Source of the DNA: Alistipes sp.
GTDB taxonomy: Bacteria > Bacteroidota > Bacteroidia > Bacteroidales > Rikenellaceae
Assembly (NCBI GenBank): GCA_045650235.1
Contig: JAZRQX010000023.1
Span: 9,244 to 73,243 of the forward strand
Length of the DNA stretch: 64,000 nucleotides
Reading direction: 5' to 3'
Below are positions 21,996 through 29,490 of this stretch, piece by piece. Within the stretch, counting starts at the first letter, position 1, and the number at the start of each line of letters is the position of its first letter. The translations under genes were made by a program, and so were the position numbers. Under the pieces are notes generated by a model that saw only the letters and a list, made by a program, of their open reading frames with translations, did no database searches and had not been told where the DNA came from.

Positions 21996-23270
21996 CTATT
22001 CTACATAGACTAACTCAGTATGAGGATCAGCATTGTACACTTGAAATTTGTGATCTTTTTTCACATATATCTCTACAAGATCAGGACAATCCAAACAATC
22101 AAGCATAGTTAATGCACTATTATTTGTCAGATCAAGTGTCGTAAGTTTTGTTGAAGCACAATAAAGAGATTCAAGCAATGGATTGTTGCTCACATCGAGA
22201 GAACTCAGATCGCTATTTCCACAAGACAATGATGTCAATTCTGGATTATTGCTTAAATCAATAGTCTCAAAGTTATTCCAACCGCACTGCAAATCACGAA
22301 GTTTTGGGAAATTACTCACATCAAGAGAGGTAAATCCGCAACTACTAAAGTTAATGTACTGCATTTCTTGATTCTTACTTAAGTTCAAAGATTCAATATT
22401 GCAGTTATGACATTGTAATGAGTATAATTTGGGATTGTGACTAAAATCAAGATTCTTAATTTTTGTTCCAGCACAATTAACAGCCACAAGATCTGGATTA
22501 TTACTAAAATCCAACGACGAAACCTCCGTCCAAGCAATATATAACGTTTCAAGCTTGGGATTTTGACTTAAATCCAATGATGATATTGGATTGTTAGAAC
22601 ATTCCAATATTCTAAGATTAGGCATATTACCTATATTGAAATATGATACTTCATTATCACCCATCTGTAAATACTCCAAGTTTGTCAAATAGCGCACTTC
22701 GTCAGGAATTTCTCCTTTAACGTTGTTGCCTCTCAGCAGGAGTTCCGTTACATATCCTTCATAATAATCAACAATAACACCCTCCCACTCCTCAAGAGGT
22801 CGGTCGCTACACCAATTCTCATTATTTGTCCAATTATCACCATCTAAAGCCTCATAAAGAGCTATCAAACCTGCTCTATCAGCTTCGTACACATCTTCAA
22901 AAAGGGCATCTTGTGCTATCTTCACAGATTTTGATATAGATCCAGACTTAATAACTACAAAAGCTGTACGCTCTTCTATCACGTTTTCATTTGACGTAAC
23001 CGATACTTCTACCTTTACGCTACCGCCATTTCCTTTCTCAATATCAATCGAACACCAATCTTTTGCCGCCACACTAACCTCTGCCGTCCAAGATTCTGTT
23101 GAAGTGAACGAAATTATACCCTTACCGCCATCAGAAGAGAAACTTAGAGACGATGTCTCCACTTTAATTTCAGCCTGCGTTTTAGGCTCTTCGGGGACAA
23201 TTTCTTCAGCCGCATCCGAGCAAGCAACGAGTGCGATAAATACAAATAGGTACGATAATAGATGTTTCAT
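21996..23270 (-). CDS. BACON + leucine-rich-repeat surface lipoprotein (AT-rich)
   Basis: LVAC lipobox; BACON-like WTAEV...ERTA; ALYEAL.G.NW cap; about 10 LxxLxCxxNxLxxLD repeats. Confidence 0.85.
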   Translation of the reverse strand: MKHLLSYLFVFIALVACSDAAEEIVPEEPKTQAEIKVETSSLSFSSDGGKGIISFTSTESWTAEVSVAAKDWCSIDIEKGNGGSVKVEVSVTSNENVIEERTAFVVIKSGSISKSVKIAQDALFEDVYEADRAGLIALYEALDGDNWTNNENWCSDRPLEEWEGVIVDYYEGYVTELLLRGNNVKGEIPDEVRYLTNLEYLQMGDNEVSYFNIGNMPNLRILECSNNPISSLDLSQNPKLETLYIAWTEVSSLDFSNNPDLVAVNCAGTKIKNLDFSHNPKLYSLQCHNCNIESLNLSKNQEMQYINFSSCGFTSLDVSNFPKLRDLQCGWNNFETIDLSNNPELTSLSCGNSDLSSLDVSNNPLLESLYCASTKLTTLDLTNNSALTMLDCLDCPDLVEIYVKKDHKFQVYNADPHTELVYVE

Positions 23271-23320
23271 AGAGATAGTTTGTTTGTGGATTTGTTAGAT
23301 ACTTATTACAAATATAAGTA

Positions 23321-23341
23321 TTATAATTCAAAATGCAGAAT
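23321..23341 (+). repeat. 21-bp direct repeat, right copy
   Basis: TTATAATTCAAAATGCAGAAT followed by further heptamers. Confidence 0.9.
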
Positions 23342-23392
23342 TCAAAATTTAGAATTATTCTTAACGTTCCCCCGCCGCCGTTCTTATCCCAC

Positions 23393-23430
23393 AAAAAAAA
23401 GCGACCTCAGCCATTCGCCAAAGCCGCTTT
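23393..23430 (-). terminator. Probable original guaA terminator displaced by the island
   Basis: AAAGCGGC...GTCGCTTTTTTTT on the minus strand, just beyond the duplicated guaA 3' end. Confidence 0.6.
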
Positions 23431-23554
23431 AATTGTCTTATATCCAACGTGTTGCGATTATTCCCACTCGATTTAAGTTTTACGATGCAAATATAGTTAT
23501 TATTTCCTGATTATCAAATAATTACAAGGTGCTTTATCCCTTTCCTATTTCCCG

Positions 23555-23578
23555 CTGGTGTCAAAGTCTGGTGTCAAA
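23555..23578 (+). repeat. Putative integrase arm-type sites (distal end)
   Basis: CTGGTGTCAAA twice with 13-bp period; same pair at 31160-31183. Confidence 0.75.
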
Positions 23579-23731
23579 TATATGCTTCCCCTCCTGCCTT
23601 ACATACACTTATACTATATATGATATATAAGTGAAACGACTTACACTAATCCCGACTACTAATTATCTGATAACACGCTAAGAAACAGCACAATAACTAT
23701 ATTCTATCGCATTCACTTTTATATAGAAGTG

Positions 23732-23765
23732 AAAAAAGTGGTAGTATCATACCGATACTGCCACT
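23732..23765 (-). terminator. Terminator of the island lipoprotein operon
   Basis: AGTGGTAGTATC-atacc-GATACTGCCACT with A-run. Confidence 0.7.
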
Positions 23766-23793
23766 CTCATTAGTATTGATTGTTGACAATTTA

Positions 23794-24051
23794 TTATTCT
23801 ATACAATCAACCCCATTCGCCACATTATTTAACCAGTCGGGGAAATAGTAATTTGCCTTACAAACAGAATGAAAATTTTTAAGGATTCCCATCTCCTCCA
23901 TTTTATTAAGAGTTCCTAACTTAAGTATGCAGGCCCCCGTCTTTTTATTTTCAATAATAGAGGCATTAATAAAATCTAATTCTTCTTGAGAAAAGAAGTT
24001 ACTTATGCCAAATCTCTCCATCATAATGGCTTTTGCTTCCTTGTACTCCAT
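23794..24051 (-). CDS. Hypothetical protein, 85 aa
   Basis: ATG ORF 11 nt after the lipoprotein stop and ahead of a terminator. Confidence 0.6.
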   Translation of the reverse strand: MEYKEAKAIMMERFGISNFFSQEELDFINASIIENKKTGACILKLGTLNKMEEMGILKNFHSVCKANYYFPDWLNNVANGVDCIE

Positions 24052-24062
24052 AATTCTTTTTT

Positions 24063-25061
24063 TTACTCCAATGTTCCCGTAACATTTTCCTCTTCCATAC
24101 CCGTCTCCTCTTCTACCTCGATGCCAATACTTCCATCGTGGCTGACAGAACTCAATTTGAGACGAATGATATTCATTGCATTTCGTTTAATCTGCACAGT
24201 CTTGCTACCTAAGTTTTCGTTTATACCAACGCCTCGTAGCCAACTTGCAGAAATGGTTACGCTCTCAGTATAGTTATCAGCATATTTCCAAGCAGAATAC
24301 ACATCCGAGAAGGTGAATATCTCACCCTCGCTCTGGTAATCGGCGGTAATTGCAGTATTCTCGAAAAATGTACAAGATGAGTTACTTATTTTGACACTTA
24401 CCGTACCATCTGTTATACCACTAACCTCATATTTCAGGCCAAACGCTGTTCGCTTTAAGTCAATAGCCACCTCCCCATTTTCAGTCGGTGTATAATTTTC
24501 AACTTCTCCGTAGAAACGATCTACGCGGGGGTATGCCGTACTTGTTTGTCCAGACTGCAATGTTCCATTCTCATAGCCAGTACTAGAGTATTCAAAATAA
24601 TTCATTAGAGGTGTCGATCTATAACCATTAGTATAAACGTGTGAAGATGGTGAACTTCTGTAACTTCCATAGGATATAAAGGGCTTTCCATATCCACCGT
24701 TTTTATAGGATGAATTATCACCATAAGAAATTTTATTCTTTCCATCCTTAACAACTGTTACTACAAACTTATATTTATGGTCTGAGTGTAAGTTTATATT
24801 TATATCTTCAATATTGTCAAATAATCCGTGAGCGAACTCTTCACCATCTTGATAAACCTGCACTCCAATCAAATCATCGGTCGCAGTTCCTCTTGTAAGA
24901 GGGGTATCAGTAGTCGTTATCTCTCCATTGAATTTTAGCGACACATTATATTCCTTAGTATCATCGGTGGAGATTATATCATCCTTCGAGCAACCTACTA
25001 TACTAAATATAAATAGTAGGGGCAATATCTGTAAAATATATTTTGTTTTCATAATCGTCAA
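24063..25061 (-). CDS. Lipoprotein, type V pilin/fimbrillin-like
   Basis: IVGC lipobox; PLTR/G putative processing site; paralog of the adjacent gene. Confidence 0.6.
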   Translation of the reverse strand: MTIMKTKYILQILPLLFIFSIVGCSKDDIISTDDTKEYNVSLKFNGEITTTDTPLTRGTATDDLIGVQVYQDGEEFAHGLFDNIEDININLHSDHKYKFVVTVVKDGKNKISYGDNSSYKNGGYGKPFISYGSYRSSPSSHVYTNGYRSTPLMNYFEYSSTGYENGTLQSGQTSTAYPRVDRFYGEVENYTPTENGEVAIDLKRTAFGLKYEVSGITDGTVSVKISNSSCTFFENTAITADYQSEGEIFTFSDVYSAWKYADNYTESVTISASWLRGVGINENLGSKTVQIKRNAMNIIRLKLSSVSHDGSIGIEVEEETGMEEENVTGTLE

Positions 25062-25062
25062 T

Positions 25063-26097
25063 TTACTCAGTGGGGTTTACTGGAGTATCAATCTCTCCAT
25101 TAGTATTAATATCCAAATCTATCACGTTATCCTCTCCCATTTCTTCCTCAGTAAAAGATATAGAACCAGAAGCCAAATCAGGTGAAACATTAATAGTGAT
25201 AATCGTAAGTATATTTCTCTTAAATGTTACGTCAAGAGAATTAGTCAAATCCCAATCTTCTCCTCTTTCGCTATCATATTTTAACGACAAAGTTTTTGTA
25301 AAAGAGTAATCATCGGGGCTTGCATAACAACTGGTAATTGAAGGAACTGTATAAATAATGGCATTACCCTCATAATCCTTGGTAACAGTTTTGTTTAGGT
25401 CTCCCCATAATCCAGAAACATTAACAGAACCCTCTTTTACTCCTTTGATTATAAGTTTCGCACCAAATACCATACGTTTGAGATAGATATTAGCAACTCC
25501 TCCCTTTGTCGGTATATACTCTTCAAGTACTCCGTAAAAGCGATTGATATTAGGAGACTGAGTTGCCGCATTTGAAGTTGACGGAGTTGTTCCTGCAATA
25601 TGTGCATTACTGCCCGTTAGTCCGTTGAGATAAACTGTTCCCAAAATGAACTCGTTACTTATCATCGTAGATGTTGTCGAGTTGTTTAAGAATGGGGCAG
25701 CAAATCCTGAATAAGCGTTATTAAACGCTTGTCCATAGTACAATGTATTTTTAGCATTCTTCACCAACGAACATTCAAACTTATATTTATATCCAGACAG
25801 CAATTTGATAGTCATATCCTCCTTGTTGTCAAACAAGCCATAGGCATAATGGTCTGTAATCTTTCCATTACCATCCTTGTCCACATAAACATTAATACCA
25901 TAGATGTCGTTGGTTGCAGTACCGCGCGTCAAAGGTTCATCATCAACACTAAACTCTCCTCCTAAACTTAACGATACTTCGTAATATTCACCCTCATCTG
26001 GAGGTGTAATCTGCTCACTAGCGCTGTCGTCGGAGCAAGCGACTGTCATTAACATCAGCAACAACAGCCAGAAATGTTTTACTCTCATAGTGTACAT
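25063..26097 (-). CDS. Lipoprotein, type V pilin/fimbrillin-like
   Basis: TVAC lipobox; PLTRGTAT, GLFDN, RFYG, LKR..FG, KRN shared with its neighbour. Confidence 0.6.
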   Translation of the reverse strand: MYTMRVKHFWLLLLMLMTVACSDDSASEQITPPDEGEYYEVSLSLGGEFSVDDEPLTRGTATNDIYGINVYVDKDGNGKITDHYAYGLFDNKEDMTIKLLSGYKYKFECSLVKNAKNTLYYGQAFNNAYSGFAAPFLNNSTTSTMISNEFILGTVYLNGLTGSNAHIAGTTPSTSNAATQSPNINRFYGVLEEYIPTKGGVANIYLKRMVFGAKLIIKGVKEGSVNVSGLWGDLNKTVTKDYEGNAIIYTVPSITSCYASPDDYSFTKTLSLKYDSERGEDWDLTNSLDVTFKRNILTIITINVSPDLASGSISFTEEEMGEDNVIDLDINTNGEIDTPVNPTE

Positions 26098-26149
26098 TTA
26101 CTCCTTGGCTCAGCGGAGTGGTTAAATGTTAAACTTGATTATGGCATAA

Positions 26150-26405
26150 ATAGAAAGTGGAGCCTTCATCCCCACCTTATCCTCCGTGTAGGGCTTGGAC
26201 TCCCTTGTTATACAGATAAGGAGAAGGGATAGCCCCACTTCGGCTGTATTTCGTTCAAATACGAATACATACCAAAGAAGGCATCCTTCCCACCATTCTG
26301 ATATAACTTCTGTGAAGTGTCCAAGTTCACACGGTCAGAATAGAGCGAAAATGCGCTTTCTAATATGTCTGCACACGCTATGACGCAATGTGCATCACAA
26401 ATTTA
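26150..26405 (-). promoter_or_regulatory. Long structured 5' leader with TAAATTTG promoter box (26398-26405)
   Basis: Nested imperfect inverted repeats with alternative pairings, about 300 nt upstream of the lipoprotein start. Confidence 0.55.
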
Positions 26406-26459
26406 GCACTTTTTTCTGGAAAGATGCCTATAAAGGGCTAAATATTTTGCTTCTTATTG

Positions 26460-27050
26460 CTAAAAATCAAGCAGGTCGTATGTCTCCAAAAGTTCCTCTT
26501 GACGGATGCCGAGATAGATTTTTGTAATGGCTACATTGGAGTGGTTGAAGAGTTCGGAGAGCCTCACAAGAGCCATATTTGCATTCTCTCCCGCTGACTC
26601 AAATACCTTTCGGCCGAAGGTCTTGCGGAGGCTGTGAGAACTTATATTTCTGACCGTTTTTAGGCTGTATTTCGCCTTTATTTGCTTCAGTAGTACATTT
26701 ACTCGTTGCACCGAAAGAGGCTCTCCTGCAGCATTTGCGAAGCATTTAGAGGCATTGTCCGTAACCCTCATAGCCTTGTGGCAGGCGCGAATGTGTTTCT
26801 GAAAACCTCGGTTGATTCTTACTGTACGACGCTTGCCCGTCTTTCGCTCGGTGATGGTAAATGAATCCCCATCAAGCAACATTCCCCACGATAGTTGAAG
26901 GAGGTCGGAAATCCTTAGCCCGAAAAAGATCCCGCACCCGATAAGTAGGCTCATACGGTAATCGTCGTCGCGGAACAGACGGTGAACAAGATTCACCGCT
27001 GTGTTCCACTCGATATAGTCGGCCCGTGTTATGCTACCCTTCAAACTCAT
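26460..27050 (-). CDS. Small tyrosine recombinase (catalytic domain only)
   Basis: GLRISD, RKTGK, HSLRKTF, FNHS, KIYL (R-K-H-R-H-Y). Confidence 0.92.
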   Translation of the reverse strand: MSLKGSITRADYIEWNTAVNLVHRLFRDDDYRMSLLIGCGIFFGLRISDLLQLSWGMLLDGDSFTITERKTGKRRTVRINRGFQKHIRACHKAMRVTDNASKCFANAAGEPLSVQRVNVLLKQIKAKYSLKTVRNISSHSLRKTFGRKVFESAGENANMALVRLSELFNHSNVAITKIYLGIRQEELLETYDLLDF

Positions 27051-27052
27051 AA

Positions 27053-27382
27053 CTAAAAGACCTTAACGATTGACTCCCATCTGAAACTGCGCCACTCGCC
27101 CAACTCACAATCAAATACCGCTGTGGTGGCATAGCACTCACGGCTTACGCCTCGCCCGTTGATGTGGCGACCGACCAATGCGGGACAAGTTGTAGCGAAC
27201 ATCTCTCGCAACTCGCCATTCTTCTTTTGGAAGATGAAATGAGCCACACCCGAGCGAAGTTTACTCTTCAAATTCTCAATCATCATTGCCTTTGCTCCCG
27301 CCACAAGGAGGTTTTGCGTACGGTCGGCGATTACCGCCATTCGTGTTGCCGTCATATCCGAAATAACCATCATATTAACCAT
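27053..27382 (-). CDS. WYL_2/DUF2693-like SH3 beta-barrel protein
   Basis: G...F.F.K.NG..R...AT and FD....WRSFR pattern. Confidence 0.78.
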   Translation of the reverse strand: MVNMMVISDMTATRMAVIADRTQNLLVAGAKAMMIENLKSKLRSGVAHFIFQKKNGELREMFATTCPALVGRHINGRGVSRECYATTAVFDCELGEWRSFRWESIVKVF

Positions 27383-27418
27383 AACTGTAAAATTATTTAT
27401 TACACATTAACGAAAATT

Positions 27419-27583
27419 CTAATACCATCGTGAGGGCTTTCGCCATCCCTCCAAGTCATACCACGCTTCGAGTGCCGCTATTCTGTTCTGTCCAAATCCC
27501 GCGATCTTGTTACCCGTTGCAATCTCCCAAATGCCCCAACCCGAGCCACTGCATCCAACCTTGTATTTTCTTGTGTTTGCCAT
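27419..27583 (-). CDS. Unannotated 54-aa protein (WGIW family)
   Basis: Manual translation MANTRKYKVGCSGSGWGIWEIATGNKIAGFGQNRIAALEAWYDLEGWRKPSRWY; below the ORF-track cutoff; similar to 62212-62406. Confidence 0.8.
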   Translation of the reverse strand: MANTRKYKVGCSGSGWGIWEIATGNKIAGFGQNRIAALEAWYDLEGWRKPSRWY

Positions 27584-27605
27584 ATCATCATCTGTTTTGC
27601 TATTA

Positions 27606-27637
27606 CAAAAGTAATATAAAATTATTATTCCCGCAAA
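27606..27637 (-). promoter_or_regulatory. Bacteroidota sigma-A promoter for the WGIW-WYL_2-recombinase operon
   Basis: TTTG-N20-TACTTTTG. Confidence 0.75.
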
Positions 27638-27742
27638 TATTTTTCATATTATTTCATTACTATAAGCATATTTTTTTATTACTTACACCTTGAATTAGGC
27701 AATTAAGTAATATATTTGCAGAAAAATCCAAAATAGAGTAAT

Positions 27743-28039
27743 ATGATTAAATTACGAATTGCCGAAATACTCCAAGAGAAGGGTATTTCAAAGACTGAGT
27801 TTGCCGAGCGTATGGGTATCAAGAAGCAGAATGTAAATGTTCTGCTCGAAACAAACAACATCCGCAAGTTGGAGGAGATAGCCGATGTTCTCGGAGTACA
27901 ACTCACCGACCTATGGCACGATGAGACCAAAGCACAACCCTCAATCAATGGCTACATTGAATTTGGAGGAGAGGTTTACGCCATCAAGACCGTAGATGAT
28001 TTTATGAAACTGCATCAAAAACTACTACAAACATTGTAG
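27743..28039 (+). CDS. XRE-family HTH regulator
   Basis: RIAEILQEKGISKTEFAERMGI...LEEIADVLGV; TATATTTG box at 27711-27718. Confidence 0.9.
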   Translation: MIKLRIAEILQEKGISKTEFAERMGIKKQNVNVLLETNNIRKLEEIADVLGVQLTDLWHDETKAQPSINGYIEFGGEVYAIKTVDDFMKLHQKLLQTL

Positions 28040-28283
28040 GAGATTTTGACACGTTACACGATGAACAGATATGTTGATATAATTATCAATTAGTTAGATG
28101 AAATATTGATTATTTTATCATACTAACCTTGCAAGTCATACTATAAAATTTAATTAAAATAGCCTATTATTTAATATTAAAATCAAACAATAGGCTAAAT
28201 TGATTTACTTGCCATAATATCAATATTTTAGATTGATAAACTTTGTTCTGATAGGGTGGTTTACTAATACCCTACGGTGTGGA

Positions 28284-29168
28284 CTATGCCACCATCTCCA
28301 AAACATTGTAGGTCTTACGGGAGTCTGCTGACTGGAATCGTAACACTCTATTGGAGAAGTGTAGGAATGTGCGCCATAGCCAACCTTCATCAATGAACAT
28401 CATCGGGTCATACTCAATCCTCTCTCGTTCGAAATACTCCCTCAATGAGTCAGAGTTTATCCGTACCTCCATACGGTGAAGGTGGGGAGGATTGCCGTTG
28501 GCATCGAGGATGTAATCCTTATGGCTAGCGTTCTCAATCTCCCGTTTCTTGTTGTAGGCGCACAATCTAATGTCGCCATTCTTCTGTTTAACTACAAGCG
28601 AGGTTTCTCTTATCCGCCGACAATCGCCCGTGCCGATATACATAATCTCTTCGATGAGTTTTCCCCTATCCTCAACCCTCTTGCCGTTCAAGATGGGCAC
28701 GAGCGACTCATCTCGAATGGCTCTGATAAGGCGTTTTGAGAGGTTTCTACCGTCGTCAAAAGCGAGGTCAAGTTGGGTTAAGTTGTGGAAGCAAAGCCCC
28801 AACATTGATTCGATATACGATAGGTAAACAAGTCTCGATTTAGTGTTGTAGTCATACAAAAGATAGAATTGACGGTTGTCAATCTCCATCCAGATGTACT
28901 TTGCCATATCACCCTCTTTATCGCTTCGGAGGCCCCATTTCAACTTACCAAAACATTGTAAATCAAACTCGGCTGTTGGGCTGTTGCTAACCTTCTCCAA
29001 ATAGATAATTCGGTAAATGTTATCGAAGTGTTTTCCTTCTTCTCGTTCCAACTTAAAGCCCCATTCGGGATGCTCATATTCATCAGTTGGATTCTCCATC
29101 AAATCGTGGAGATAAGATTGCACACTCAGTGTGTAGCAAATCTTCAATTTATCAATTGATATATTCAT
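28284..29168 (-). CDS. Rep_trans-like replication initiator/relaxase (putative)
   Basis: SIDKLKI, LTQLDLAFD, YIG, AYNKKREI, RMEVRI resemble Rep_trans/MOBT motifs. Confidence 0.6.
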   Translation of the reverse strand: MNISIDKLKICYTLSVQSYLHDLMENPTDEYEHPEWGFKLEREEGKHFDNIYRIIYLEKVSNSPTAEFDLQCFGKLKWGLRSDKEGDMAKYIWMEIDNRQFYLLYDYNTKSRLVYLSYIESMLGLCFHNLTQLDLAFDDGRNLSKRLIRAIRDESLVPILNGKRVEDRGKLIEEIMYIGTGDCRRIRETSLVVKQKNGDIRLCAYNKKREIENASHKDYILDANGNPPHLHRMEVRINSDSLREYFERERIEYDPMMFIDEGWLWRTFLHFSNRVLRFQSADSRKTYNVLEMVA

Positions 29169-29490
29169 ATCACATTAAATTTTATTTTTTAATTAGTTTA
29201 TTTTTCCAATATTTCACCATCGCTTCAGAGATGGCGGCTCTATGCTGACCAGTCTTTGCTCTACCACGTAGGGCTTGACTAATCAACTTTCGTGTGGTGG
29301 CAGACTTTCGTCTGCCTCGTAGTTTGTAAGAGATTTTTCGTCTGATTTGTTCATTCATCGTTACCTAACTGTTTATATATATAAATAGTAGGTAAGTTGA
29401 AAAAATGCAGAAATTTCCCGAAAAAATTTTAAGGCAAACAGTTTGGGTAGTAAGTAGGTTGTACTTCGTGCTTTACCACACGAGTTACGG

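Noticed and set aside
21996-23270. LRR gene as part of the guaA island
   Set aside because: It lies beyond the att duplication and the displaced terminator
23512-23524. IHF-consensus matches (WATCAANNNNTTR) here and at 28084-28096
   Set aside because: Plausible near att and origin, but a degenerate AT-rich motif in AT-rich DNA is weak evidence
26180-26340. Invertible promoter flipped by the adjacent small recombinase
   Set aside because: The inverted repeats are imperfect and nested like RNA stems, and the only TAnnTTTG box seen lies outside them; read-level inversion evidence would reopen this
27419-27583. Possible frameshift in the WGIW ORF
   Set aside because: Careful re-reading gives one uninterrupted 54-codon frame
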